Assembly (NCBI GenBank): GCA_965204345.1
Contig: OZ241981.1
Coordinates: 830,639 to 894,638 of the forward strand
Direction of reading: 5' to 3'
Source of the DNA: Nitrosopumilus sp.
GTDB lineage: Archaea; Thermoproteota; Nitrososphaeria; Nitrososphaerales; Nitrosopumilaceae
DNA: 64,000 bases
The translations under genes were made by a program, and so were the position numbers. The notes beneath the pieces are model-generated. The model did no database searches. It was not told the origin of the DNA and saw only the letters and a list, made by a program, of their open reading frames with translations. Shown here in pieces: positions 30,513-39,470 of this stretch (position 1 is its first letter; the number at the start of each line of letters is the position of its first letter).

Positions 30513-31169
30513 CTAAATTTCCAGATTAAATTTTTTTAATGAAGATTTTAAATCATCCAATCCAATAAATTGAATTGAAGAAATTCCACATTCTTGTGCA
30601 GATTCTACGTTTGATAATTTATCATCAATAAACAACATTTCATGTTCTTTAAAAGGCAAATGTTCGATTACATGTTTGTAAACTCTAGAATCAGGTTTTG
30701 AATGTCCAATTTGGTAAGACATGAATTTATATTCAAAATGTTCCAACATTTTCCAATCTTCAACAACATCATGAGTTACTTTTTCTATATTAGATATTAT
30801 TCCAATTGTAAAGCCATTTTCTCGAAGTGAAGCAGCAAGATTTTGTACATCCTGGTTAGGTTCTGCATTTTTTCTAAAATATGTAGTCCATAATGATTCA
30901 GAACTATTCTGTAATAAAGAGGACGATCCAGTATGATCTGCAACATATTTCCAAAATAGAGGCTCATCTATCTTTCCTGAATCCAATTGAATCAAATATT
31001 TATCAAAAGCATCAATTAATTTTTCTTCGTTAACCTCAAACCTATCTGAAACTTCTTTTGTTATCCATGACTGGTGCCAATCAACTAGCACACCGCCAAT
31101 ATCAAAAAGAATACATTTGATTTGAGTCATACAGAAAGCCCTATCAAAGGAGTATTCAAAGATTACCAA
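30513..31169 (-). CDS. HAD-family phosphatase; true start probably ATG at 31130 (MTQIKCILFD)
   Basis: FDIGGV, ISN, SKPD, FIDD motifs. Confidence 0.9.
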   Translation of the reverse strand: MVIFEYSFDRAFCMTQIKCILFDIGGVLVDWHQSWITKEVSDRFEVNEEKLIDAFDKYLIQLDSGKIDEPLFWKYVADHTGSSSLLQNSSESLWTTYFRKNAEPNQDVQNLAASLRENGFTIGIISNIEKVTHDVVEDWKMLEHFEYKFMSYQIGHSKPDSRVYKHVIEHLPFKEHEMLFIDDKLSNVESAQECGISSIQFIGLDDLKSSLKKFNLEI

Positions 31170-31188
31170 ATAAAAGAAAAAGAATTGG

Positions 31189-32604
31189 TTATTTTTCTAC
31201 AGGATCTAAATCATCAGATTCGATTTCTACTGTAGCTTCTGCCTCAGGTGTCTCTACTGTAGCTTCTGCCTCAGGTGTCTCTACTGTAGCTTCTGCCTCA
31301 GGTGTCTCTACTGTAGCTTCTGCCTCAGGTGTCTCTACTGTAGCTTCTGCCTCAGGTGTCTCTACTGTAGCTTCTGCCTCAGGTGTCTCTACTGTAGCTT
31401 CTGCCTCAGGTGTCTCTACTGTAGCTTCTGCCTCAGGTGTCTCTACTGTAGCTTCTGCCTCAGGTGTCTCTACTGTAGCTTCTGCCTCAGGTGTCTCTAC
31501 TGTAGCTTCTGCCTCAGGTGTCTCTACTGTAGCTTCTGCCTCAGGTGTCTCTACTGTAGCTTCTGCCTCAGGCTCTTTTGCCTTTTTAGCTGCCTTTTTG
31601 GTAGTTGTCTTTTTGGTAGTCTTTTTTGTCTTTTTCTCAACTTCTTCAGGATCAACTATGCCTGCTTCACCTAGAGCAAAGATTACTTCCTCTTCAGGAT
31701 GATGAGGACTGTCCACCATTCGGGCAATTCGTTTTTTGCCAGATTTCTTAAAGTAAATTCTATAGGTACTTGTATGTGCAACTACATTTCCACCAATTGG
31801 GCGAGTTGGATCTCCAAAGAAGACATCAGGGGATGCCATGACTTGGTTTGTTGCAATTGCAGCGCAGTTGTATGTTTCTGCAATTCTAGACAACAAATGA
31901 ACAAAATGATTCAGTTTTTGTTGTCTAACAGATAGTGTTCCTCTACCAAGATATTCAGCACGGAACAATCCAACTGCAGAATCTGCAACAATGAGTTTGA
32001 CGTTGTTTTCTTCAATTACAGGACCAGCTTCTTCTAAAATCAACACTTGATGTGCACTGTTATATGCACGAGCAACTATGATGTTATCTAAAACTTTTTC
32101 AGGATCCATATCATGGGCTTGAGCAATTGCCACAATTCTTTCAGGTCTGAAAGTATTTTCAGTATCAATATACAAAACAGAGCCTTCAAGGCCGCCTTCT
32201 TCTTTGGTTTTTTGAACCATGACAGACAAGGTATGTGCAAATTGTGTTTTGCCACAACCAAATTCTCCATAGACTTCAGTTAATGCCTGGGTTTCAATGC
32301 CACCATCAAAGAGAGTATCTAAACAATTGGTACCAGTTGTAATTTTACCAATACTTTGTCTGTATTTGTAAATCTCACTTGCACTTACAAAATCTTTGGC
32401 AATTAATCCACCTTCAACTAAGTGTTGCCTGGCTTTGTTTACAATTTTTTCAGCAGTATCTTTTTCCATTCCAGTGATATCTGCAATTTCAACAGGTCCC
32501 CTAACGATGAGGTCCATGACGTTGTGGATACCTGCATCGGATAATTTTCTTGTAGTTACAGGACCTACGCCCTCTAAACTATCTAATCTTAAATCTTCTA
32601 CCAT
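31189..32604 (-). CDS. radA: DNA repair recombinase RadA with basic-then-acidic repetitive C-terminal tail
   Basis: HhH N-domain, GEFGCGKT, IDTENTFRPER, VADS, LFRAEYLGRG, GGNVVAHTS. Confidence 0.96.
   Translation of the reverse strand: MVEDLRLDSLEGVGPVTTRKLSDAGIHNVMDLIVRGPVEIADITGMEKDTAEKIVNKARQHLVEGGLIAKDFVSASEIYKYRQSIGKITTGTNCLDTLFDGGIETQALTEVYGEFGCGKTQFAHTLSVMVQKTKEEGGLEGSVLYIDTENTFRPERIVAIAQAHDMDPEKVLDNIIVARAYNSAHQVLILEEAGPVIEENNVKLIVADSAVGLFRAEYLGRGTLSVRQQKLNHFVHLLSRIAETYNCAAIATNQVMASPDVFFGDPTRPIGGNVVAHTSTYRIYFKKSGKKRIARMVDSPHHPEEEVIFALGEAGIVDPEEVEKKTKKTTKKTTTKKAAKKAKEPEAEATVETPEAEATVETPEAEATVETPEAEATVETPEAEATVETPEAEATVETPEAEATVETPEAEATVETPEAEATVETPEAEATVETPEAEATVETPEAEATVETPEAEATVEIESDDLDPVEK
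31222..31572 (-). repeat. 27-bp tandem repeat x13 encoding PEAEATVET
   Basis: Unit TGTCTCTACTGTAGCTTCTGCCTCAGG; 351 bp = 13 units, 12 identical, last ends VEI. Confidence 0.97.
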
Positions 32605-32635
32605 ACCGTATAGTACGGTACTAGTACTTTATAAG
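32604..32635 (-). promoter_or_regulatory. radA promoter: TATA-like box plus two overlapping palindromes
   Basis: TACCGTA-TAG-TACGGTA (32604-32620), GTACTAGTAC (32618-32627), TTATAAA on minus strand at ~32628-32634. Confidence 0.5.
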
Positions 32636-32999
32636 CTTATTGTTCAAGGTACACTATTCCAAACTCGGGACATTTGCACCTAGTGTTCAATTCGGGATAT
32701 GGAATCTAACCTGATCCAATATCTAATTTTATTTCGCTTTCAATGTTTTTGATATGAATACAACATTGTCGCTTTTTGTTATGATTTTTTTTAGTTGTGT
32801 ATAGTAGCATCTATTTTGTTGTAAAATGAAAGTCACAGAGCCATTACATTAAGACAAGATTAGCACATTGGATTGAACATATCATTGCTGAGACATTGCT
32901 AATTTTACTAATTGATGGATTTGTTGCACATAAGCAATCAAGATAAACAGCAATAAAAAATATTTTTATTAATGATGTACCAAAAAATAGGTTAGTTTA

Positions 33000-33557
33000 A
33001 TGTCGCATAAAATCAAATTGTTTTACATCGATGATAACTCACTAAAGCAATTGGGAGAGTTGCTAAGCAATGAAACGAGTAGAAGTATAATTAAAGCATT
33101 AATTGAAAAAGAACATTATACAAATGAGCTTGCTGAAAAACTAGGCATACAAGTGAGTCTAGTAATACATCATCTCAAAAAATTAGAGGAGTTAAACCTA
33201 GTTAATGTAACAAAAAAACGTATTGTAAAAAAGGGAGTTGAACGCAGATTTTTTAGAATAAAATCCGACATTTTCATAACAAAGACAACAAAAGAAGGCG
33301 ATTCCAAAATAGAAGGATTTAAAAAAATCTTCAATGATGGCATAAAATTTGTTGCAATAGGCATTGTATCTGCACTATCTTACATCACTACAAAGTATTA
33401 TGAGAGTACAGAAAAAGTGGTCTCTCATGATAGTGGTGGTGGTATTGAGTATATCCCAGTAATAGAATATCCAATAATAATTGCGCTAGCTGTAATTATT
33501 CTAGGACTTGCAATAGATAGAATTATCTTGTTTAAAAAAAATAAAAGGAGGGGTTAG
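33000..33557 (+). CDS. ArsR-type HTH regulator with two C-terminal transmembrane helices
   Basis: LSNETSRSIIKAL..YTNELAEKLGIQVSLVIHHLKKLEELNLV; TM FVAIGIVSALSYIT and YPIIIALAVIILGLAI. Confidence 0.85.
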   Translation: MSHKIKLFYIDDNSLKQLGELLSNETSRSIIKALIEKEHYTNELAEKLGIQVSLVIHHLKKLEELNLVNVTKKRIVKKGVERRFFRIKSDIFITKTTKEGDSKIEGFKKIFNDGIKFVAIGIVSALSYITTKYYESTEKVVSHDSGGGIEYIPVIEYPIIIALAVIILGLAIDRIILFKKNKRRG

Positions 33558-34730
33558 AGTCCCCAGGATAGTCCAGAAAAATTATTTGTAAATTGATTGT
33601 GTTTTACAAAATAGGCATTATTACTAGAGCCTGCCACATGTATTCCAACAAATCCCGGATCTCCACTAAATGCTTCTGTTACAGGTGCACCACTATCACC
33701 ACCGGCACGAACGTATGTAGTTGATACGACATCCTGCAATATGGTATTAGATTGTGACACGTACAAAAAAGTACTTGGATTTGTAACATAACCCGTCTCA
33801 ACACCTGATACTGCACCATACATCTTTACCCAATCATTTTCAGACACATTATGCGTATGATCTGTAATATCTGTCTGAAAGACCTAGTATTGCTTCAGCT
33901 ACAGATACTGTGGACTCTATAAATGCACAATCACAGTACAATAGCCAGTTGTTCCTATCAAAGGTTTCTCGTACAACTGTTCCAATCACTCTTGCCAATG
34001 TTGGTTGGCCAACATCATCTCCAATACTTCCATCTGTACAATGACCTGCTGTAACAAAGCCTTCTGCACCATTGTATGTTGCCTTGAGACCTACAGTACA
34101 GTAGCCATGATCTTGCATTTGCATTTGTGTACCACCTTCAATTGGATCACATCTAAAAGATGCAGTTGGACATTCATCACTATACACACGATCACCGGGT
34201 TCTACTATTACCTTGATATGATTTGGTACTATATCTGCAATGAAATCTGCATATCTCTGCATGTCTTGGGGAGTTACATGATCAGGATCGATTCCAACCA
34301 GTATGGCATCTGCTACAGAACTATATCCAACAGTTGTAAAAGGAATTACACGCTTGTCTAGACTTTGACGGTTTTCGTCAACTAGTTTTTCAACTAATTT
34401 TGCAGTAGATAGTCTGTACTCTAATTCTTTTTCTGGATTGACTTCAGGCAGTTTGGATAGTGCATCTTGCTTTACTTGCTGCATCTTGTGCAGAATTTCT
34501 TCTTCTTTAGCTGATGTGTCTGCGTCTTCTAGCTTTTGTTCGATCTTAACAAGTTTTTTTGCAGCATCATCCATTATGTGGTTTTTGAACTTTTCTGTCT
34601 TTATGACAACGTTTTTTATACTGTCGGCATCACTTGCCTCTACAAGATTGCTACTGCCAAGTGGCAGTATTATTGTAGCAATCAAGGATGCAAACAGTAC
34701 TGTTTTGAAGTTGTTTCTAGTCATTATCAT
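33554..34730 (-). pseudogene. Secreted chymotrypsin-like (S1, alpha-lytic-type) serine protease split by one frameshift near 33870-33885
   Basis: Signal peptide plus prodomain; His motif FVTAGHC and Asp CDCAFI in 33849-34730; Ser motif GGDSGAP in 33554-33847; frames join as GLS/TDITDHTHNVSENDWVKMYG. Confidence 0.85.
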
Positions 34731-34897
34731 TACAATAAATCATTGATTACTTAAGAAAATCTTTAATTTGAATTGATCATGTTTCACTTGAAAATCCCAA
34801 TCAAAAAATGCCTAGACAAAATAGATTCCTAGTTCTTGAGGCCTTACAGTTGTTAATTACAAGTGAAAGAAACTATTACAATCACTCAAACTTAATT
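34663..34897 (-). repeat. Left copy of ~235-bp promoter + signal-peptide cassette
   Basis: Reverse complement aligns to 37138-37369 with 14 substitutions and one 3-bp indel (hand alignment); ~100 bp core identical. Confidence 0.95.
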
Positions 34898-35009
34898 TTC
34901 TTGGAAATGTAAGACATCAAACATAGATTAAAGATATGTTAACTGCAATTCAAAAAGAAAAACAACAACACAGAAGACACACAGAATATCATAAGCAGGA
35001 TGACCACCT

Positions 35010-35195
35010 ACTAAAAAAGCAACTAAAAAGACAAAAGAGCCTGAGGTAGAGGCTACAGCAGAGACACCTGAGGTAGAGACCAACAGAAATCGAATCTGAT
35101 GATTTAGATCCTGTAGAAAAATAACCAACTCTTTTTCTTTTATTTGGTAATCTTTGAATACTTTGATAGAGTTTTTTGTATGACTCAAATCAAAT
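35010..35195 (+). pseudogene. Inverted, degenerate copy of the radA 3' end, terminator and first codons of the HAD gene
   Basis: Encodes TKKATKKTKEPEVEATAETPEVET../EIESDDLDPVEK* then the intergenic and ATGACTCAAATCAAA; matches reverse complement of 31115-31250 and ~31570-31600. Confidence 0.92.
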
Positions 35196-35347
35196 TGTAG
35201 GACATGATAAAACTAAGAATTCAGAGCACTATTGTATCGATACTAGGTTGAAACATTATGCGATTAATCAAAAGAATATGATGCAAATAAAAGAATGAAT
35301 ATGACAACTAGAAAAATCAAACAATAACATTGTTTGTTTTTTGATAA

Positions 35348-36606
35348 TTAGAGTACTCTGCTTAATTTTTCATGTATATATTGACCATCTTCATCAAATA
35401 AGGGACATTTCATTATTTCAAAATAATTGTAAATCTCATCCATTATAGATGAAGTAATTTTACTATAATTTGCCTTTAGATATGATGACGGAACATTCCT
35501 TTCGACATATGACGTTTTCATATATTCAGTTGGAGAAGTTCCTTCAACAGCTTCTGTTTTGGGGGAAGAAAATATTTGATAATCGTCACTCCGTTCTCCA
35601 TCCTCTAACCCCCATGCAGAATTATTACTTTGTAATTTAACTAATATTTTTACGTCTCCAAAATAATTGTATTGTGAAAAAATATCTTCTGCAAACTGTA
35701 AAACATGCATTAATTTTACAGCCAGAAATGGAAGTCTTATGAAACTAACTTTTAGATTACCATTATGATGTTGTATGTCTTTATCATAGCCTATATCATG
35801 AATATGTTGTATGCATCCATTTCTGTGAACTGCAAGTGCTCTCTTTTCATCCATGCTATTAAAAAAAATCCCTAATTTGTGAGGATTTGGAAATCCTGGA
35901 AGGAAGCCATAACGTCTAGCATTAAAATATCCGGATGGTTCATAATTCACAACATTTGGATTTAATCTATCATATACATTGCGTTTAGTTACATCAATCA
36001 AATTATTATTCAAAATGATAGGAATTACAACGATTTGTGCTTGTAAAGTTTGTGCAATCTCAAGTCGTACTTGATGAAATCGCGTAAGTGGAAACTGTAA
36101 AACAGATCTTTTTAGATATTCTTTGAGATCATCCAAGTTATGAAATCTATTTTTATACATGTCAGATATCTCTTGCTCTTGCATAGGTATTGATTCGAAT
36201 TGAAATCGTTTGTAATATCTTTGAGATTTATTGTCAAAATGAGGCCTGTATCCGCTATCAGGTATTTGTAAAATTAGAAATGAATTGTCTTTTTCATTAT
36301 TTACTATTTTTTGTTTTATCTGTAATCTGGGGAAAATATTTGATAGTATTATTTGTTCAATTCGTTCTTTATTGATTTTCTCAGAAATTCCATTTATTGC
36401 AATAGGATACCACCTTTACCCGATTCTTTTATTCCAAATGCAATATGTCCGCCATGAGTATTTGCAAACGCGCTAACTTGTTTTGTTAATTCTGCGTCCC
36501 CTATAATGCATTCTTTATAATCCAAAATATCGCTTTCAGGCATCTTGTTATCCATTAATGATTTAATATCATCATATTCTAAATAATCAATATTTTTTGT
36601 AATCAT
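35348..36606 (-). pseudogene. Schlafen AlbA_2 (ATP-binding/DNA-binding) domain gene with two frameshifts (~36410 and ~36280)
   Basis: PESDILDYKE..KQVSAFANTHGGHIAFGIKE..GG/YPIAING..ERIEQII../FLILQIPDSGYRPH..YYKRFQFESIPMQEQEISDMYKNRF joins the 70-aa and 278-aa ORFs. Confidence 0.85.
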
Positions 36607-36709
36607 TGTTTTTAGTAATTCCTTATAGATTTAAATTAATTTACTGTTTTGAATATCTCAGATTTGTTTAGATTTATTCGTGATTCAGAATAAAATTTCA
36701 TATAAACAA

Positions 36710-37085
36710 TTTAAATTAATATGATATATTATTTTCTTGCAGTTCCACTTCCAAACAAATACCTTCCCACAGTAGACATTGATGAAAATAATAAAATTTG
36801 TACCATGTAAGATCATCAAGAATCATCGTTTTAGTATCATGTAGATAAACAATAATGAAGCATGTCACTGCTATGCCTAATCCAGCTATAAGAAAAATTC
36901 TTTGTGTTATTGTGGTGTCTATTTCCGTAGTTTTTTAACATCTTCCATTATACCCACCTTACCCGTTTTCTACATCTTGGACATGGTGTCTTACCTTTTT
37001 GAATTACTAGATTGCAGTAAGGACATCGGTATATTTTTGAATCAGAATCAACAATTGATTTTAAAATCGCCGCTCCAATTGCCTG
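36710..37085 (-). pseudogene. Remnants of a small Zn-ribbon gene (RCPYC...CPRC) and a downstream membrane-protein gene
   Basis: AIGAAILKSIVDSDSKIYRCPYCNLVIQKGKTPCPRCRKRVRWV* has no start; next frame MEDVKKLR/IDTTITQRIFLIAGLGIAVTCFIIV is broken. Confidence 0.5.
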
Positions 37086-37137
37086 TTATGGTATGTCGTG
37101 TAGAAGGCGTACTGATAAACAGATCTGAAAATGTAGG

Positions 37138-37369
37138 AATTGAGTTTGAGTAATTGTAATAGTTTCTTTCATTTGTGATTAACAACTGTAAGGTCTCAAC
37201 TAAGAATCTATTTTGTCTAGGCATTTTTTGATTGGGATTTTCAAGTGAAACATGATCAATTCAAATTAAAGATTTTCTTAAGTAATCAATGATTTATTGT
37301 AATGGTAATGACTACAAACAACTTCAAAACAGTACTGTTTGTATCTTTGATTGTTGCAATGATAATGCC
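37138..37369 (+). repeat. Right copy of ~235-bp promoter + signal-peptide cassette
   Basis: Inverted repeat of 34663-34897; includes TTTCAAGTGAAA near-palindrome, TTAAGTA box ~20 bp upstream of the ATG and codons for MVMTTNNFKTVLFVSLIVAMIMP. Confidence 0.95.
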
Positions 37370-38498
37370 GTTTTCTGCAACAGATATGGCTTTTGCAGAA
37401 TCATCGACTGATGTTAAAATCAATGAATACAAACAAAAAGCACTACGAGATAATGAGGTACCATATGATGAACTACTCCAAAGAGTTGGTGATAAATGGT
37501 TATCTAGTTACAAAGATGCGCAGCATTTTGAAATTTCTGAAAAAGCTGTAAACAAATTTGTTGAAAGAAACAAGGTAAAAGACGGTCTGGATAATGAAAA
37601 TGCAAAACTAATTTCTAAAATCCACAACTTTGAGACAATTACAGAATCTGTTGGTGACGGCCACGAAATTGTATTGCTGGTAGCTCAACTAGATAAAGCT
37701 AATGGCAAATACAACCCAAGTGAAACTGTTTCAAGATACCATGATTGGATTGAAGAACAATATACAGTTCCAACAACCGAAAATGGTGTTATAGATAGAC
37801 TAATAGAGATTCTTGGTGACAAAAAACTTGTTAACTTGGCAAAAAAACATGCCAATAATTTTAACAAACTAGCTGAACTCGGTAGCGTTCCAATCGAATT
37901 ATTCATTTCAGATGAAGATTACTGGGGCGAAGTTTCACATGTTGCCTATTGTCAACGAGATTCAAAATGTGATGTTGATGCACTAAAACATCAACCGGGT
38001 GCAACAGCAGAAGAAATTGAAAGAATCCAACAAATAGAGGCTGAAGTAAACGATGTATCATTTGATCTTTGGGATCTAGTTTTACCAGAAGCATACGCTT
38101 GGACCAAAGTTCAAGTTTCATATGATCTCCATGGTAAAATAAAACTAGGTGCATGCTATTATAAAAACTGTGATGAAATCTGGGATGAAACAACCATGGG
38201 GGCAGACTCAATTGATCATGATAGTTATGGCTTCCCCAATTTAAGGCATGTTGAAAGAGATTATAGCATGTATTTCCATGGAAGAGTATGTGACAACTAT
38301 ACTGGTTCACAAACCATTGTCAATAAAGTTGAAACAACTCCATACCTAGCACAATCTTTGCGAACAGATTTGAGTGATGATGATATAAAAATCAACAGAT
38401 GTGCGTATGCTAGTCATAATGATTCCTCAGCATCCCATCCATTTATTGTTGGAATTCTCGTAGAAAGTCCTGGCTCCTATTATTGGACCAACCAATAA
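37302..38498 (+). CDS. Secreted protein of unknown function (398 aa)
   Basis: Signal peptide ending MAFA; Cys-containing C-terminal region (YCQRDSKC, GACYYKNC, RVC, NRC); no recognisable catalytic motif. Confidence 0.8.
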   Translation: MVMTTNNFKTVLFVSLIVAMIMPFSATDMAFAESSTDVKINEYKQKALRDNEVPYDELLQRVGDKWLSSYKDAQHFEISEKAVNKFVERNKVKDGLDNENAKLISKIHNFETITESVGDGHEIVLLVAQLDKANGKYNPSETVSRYHDWIEEQYTVPTTENGVIDRLIEILGDKKLVNLAKKHANNFNKLAELGSVPIELFISDEDYWGEVSHVAYCQRDSKCDVDALKHQPGATAEEIERIQQIEAEVNDVSFDLWDLVLPEAYAWTKVQVSYDLHGKIKLGACYYKNCDEIWDETTMGADSIDHDSYGFPNLRHVERDYSMYFHGRVCDNYTGSQTIVNKVETTPYLAQSLRTDLSDDDIKINRCAYASHNDSSASHPFIVGILVESPGSYYWTNQ

Positions 38499-38500
38499 CC

Positions 38501-38515
38501 TTTTTTTCTTTTTTT
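38501..38515 (+). terminator. Oligo-T archaeal terminator
   Basis: TTTTTTTCTTTTTTT directly after the stop codon. Confidence 0.55.
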
Positions 38516-38529
38516 GATGATACTAATAC

Positions 38530-39081
38530 ATGAAAAATTCAATTCTGCTAATAGTTGGAATTATTGCAATAGTAACAGTGGTGATTCCACTTAATTACAA
38601 TGCATTGACTGATCATTACACATACACAGCACCAATAAAAAATAGTAAAATTTATCCTAATTATACACATGTTGATAGCCCTCTATTCAAAGGAATTAAT
38701 GACACATTTTCAGAGAAATTAATTGACATTACATTGATAGATGCCCAAACTGTGAAAATTAATTTTAGGAATGATGGTGAACTGCCTCCTTGGCCAATAA
38801 ATGATTTTGAAGACTTTGAAAGAGAATTTGGTGTCGGCGATAGTTTTGTTACACGCTGTCAGGAAGATGCAAAAGATTCCACTAGTTATCTTACAATTCT
38901 ACAGTTTAATGGCACAAGACAAATCAAAGAAGATATCTTTGCTGACTTTATTCATGCAGATGCCTCATCCAAAGCATTAATCCCTTGCAATTATCCCCAA
39001 ATAGTGGATTATTCAACAAACATCTTTGAATTGAATACCATAATTGATAATGAATTCATTTGGAAGTTCAAAGAAGGATAG
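38530..39081 (+). CDS. Membrane-anchored extracellular hypothetical protein
   Basis: N-terminal hydrophobic helix, soluble domain with two Cys. Confidence 0.75.
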   Translation: MKNSILLIVGIIAIVTVVIPLNYNALTDHYTYTAPIKNSKIYPNYTHVDSPLFKGINDTFSEKLIDITLIDAQTVKINFRNDGELPPWPINDFEDFEREFGVGDSFVTRCQEDAKDSTSYLTILQFNGTRQIKEDIFADFIHADASSKALIPCNYPQIVDYSTNIFELNTIIDNEFIWKFKEG

Positions 39082-39208
39082 TATTAGAAGAGACATCTAT
39101 GAATAATTTTTTGTCCAACATACTCAAGATTAAAAAAAATACAAGAAGATAAGTTTTGATCAGAGTTAAGAGAGCATTGTGATCTGACAGTGGAAGAGTC
39201 ACAAAAGC

Positions 39209-39464
39209 ATGCCATCTGAAATACTAAAAATTTATTGTGAGGATATAAAATTGATCAGTACAAATTTTGCAAGTATTTCATTCTCATCAACTCATCCAAA
39301 TCAAGCAGTGGAGACTGGCAATATTGCAGAGTCAACACTAGAACTGTCATCAGATGTAATAGATTTGGATACAACGATATCTTCCAAAAGATGACAAAGA
39401 ACAGAAAAAAGTTTGGAAACTTCTTAAGGGAAGGGTTGATTCATATGTGAATCCTAGAAAATAA
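39209..39464 (+). pseudogene. Frameshifted hypothetical gene upstream of the PIN-like gene
   Basis: ..STHPNQAVETGNIAESTLELSSDVID continues in another frame as IWIQRYLPKDDKEQKKVWKLLKGRVDSYVNPRK*, ending 6 bp before the next ATG. Confidence 0.45.
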
Positions 39465-39470
39465 CACCGC

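Noticed and set aside
31222-31572. 27-bp repeats as a possible CRISPR array
   Set aside because: Head-to-tail with no spacers, in frame within radA, and no cas genes in the window.
34928-35188. 86-aa minus-strand ORF
   Set aside because: Antisense reading of the duplicated radA tail.
39090-39210. Weak resemblance of SELREHCDLTVEES to Rpo4 (KLIKECELTEDES)
   Set aside because: Too short and interrupted by stops to support a second rpo4 remnant.
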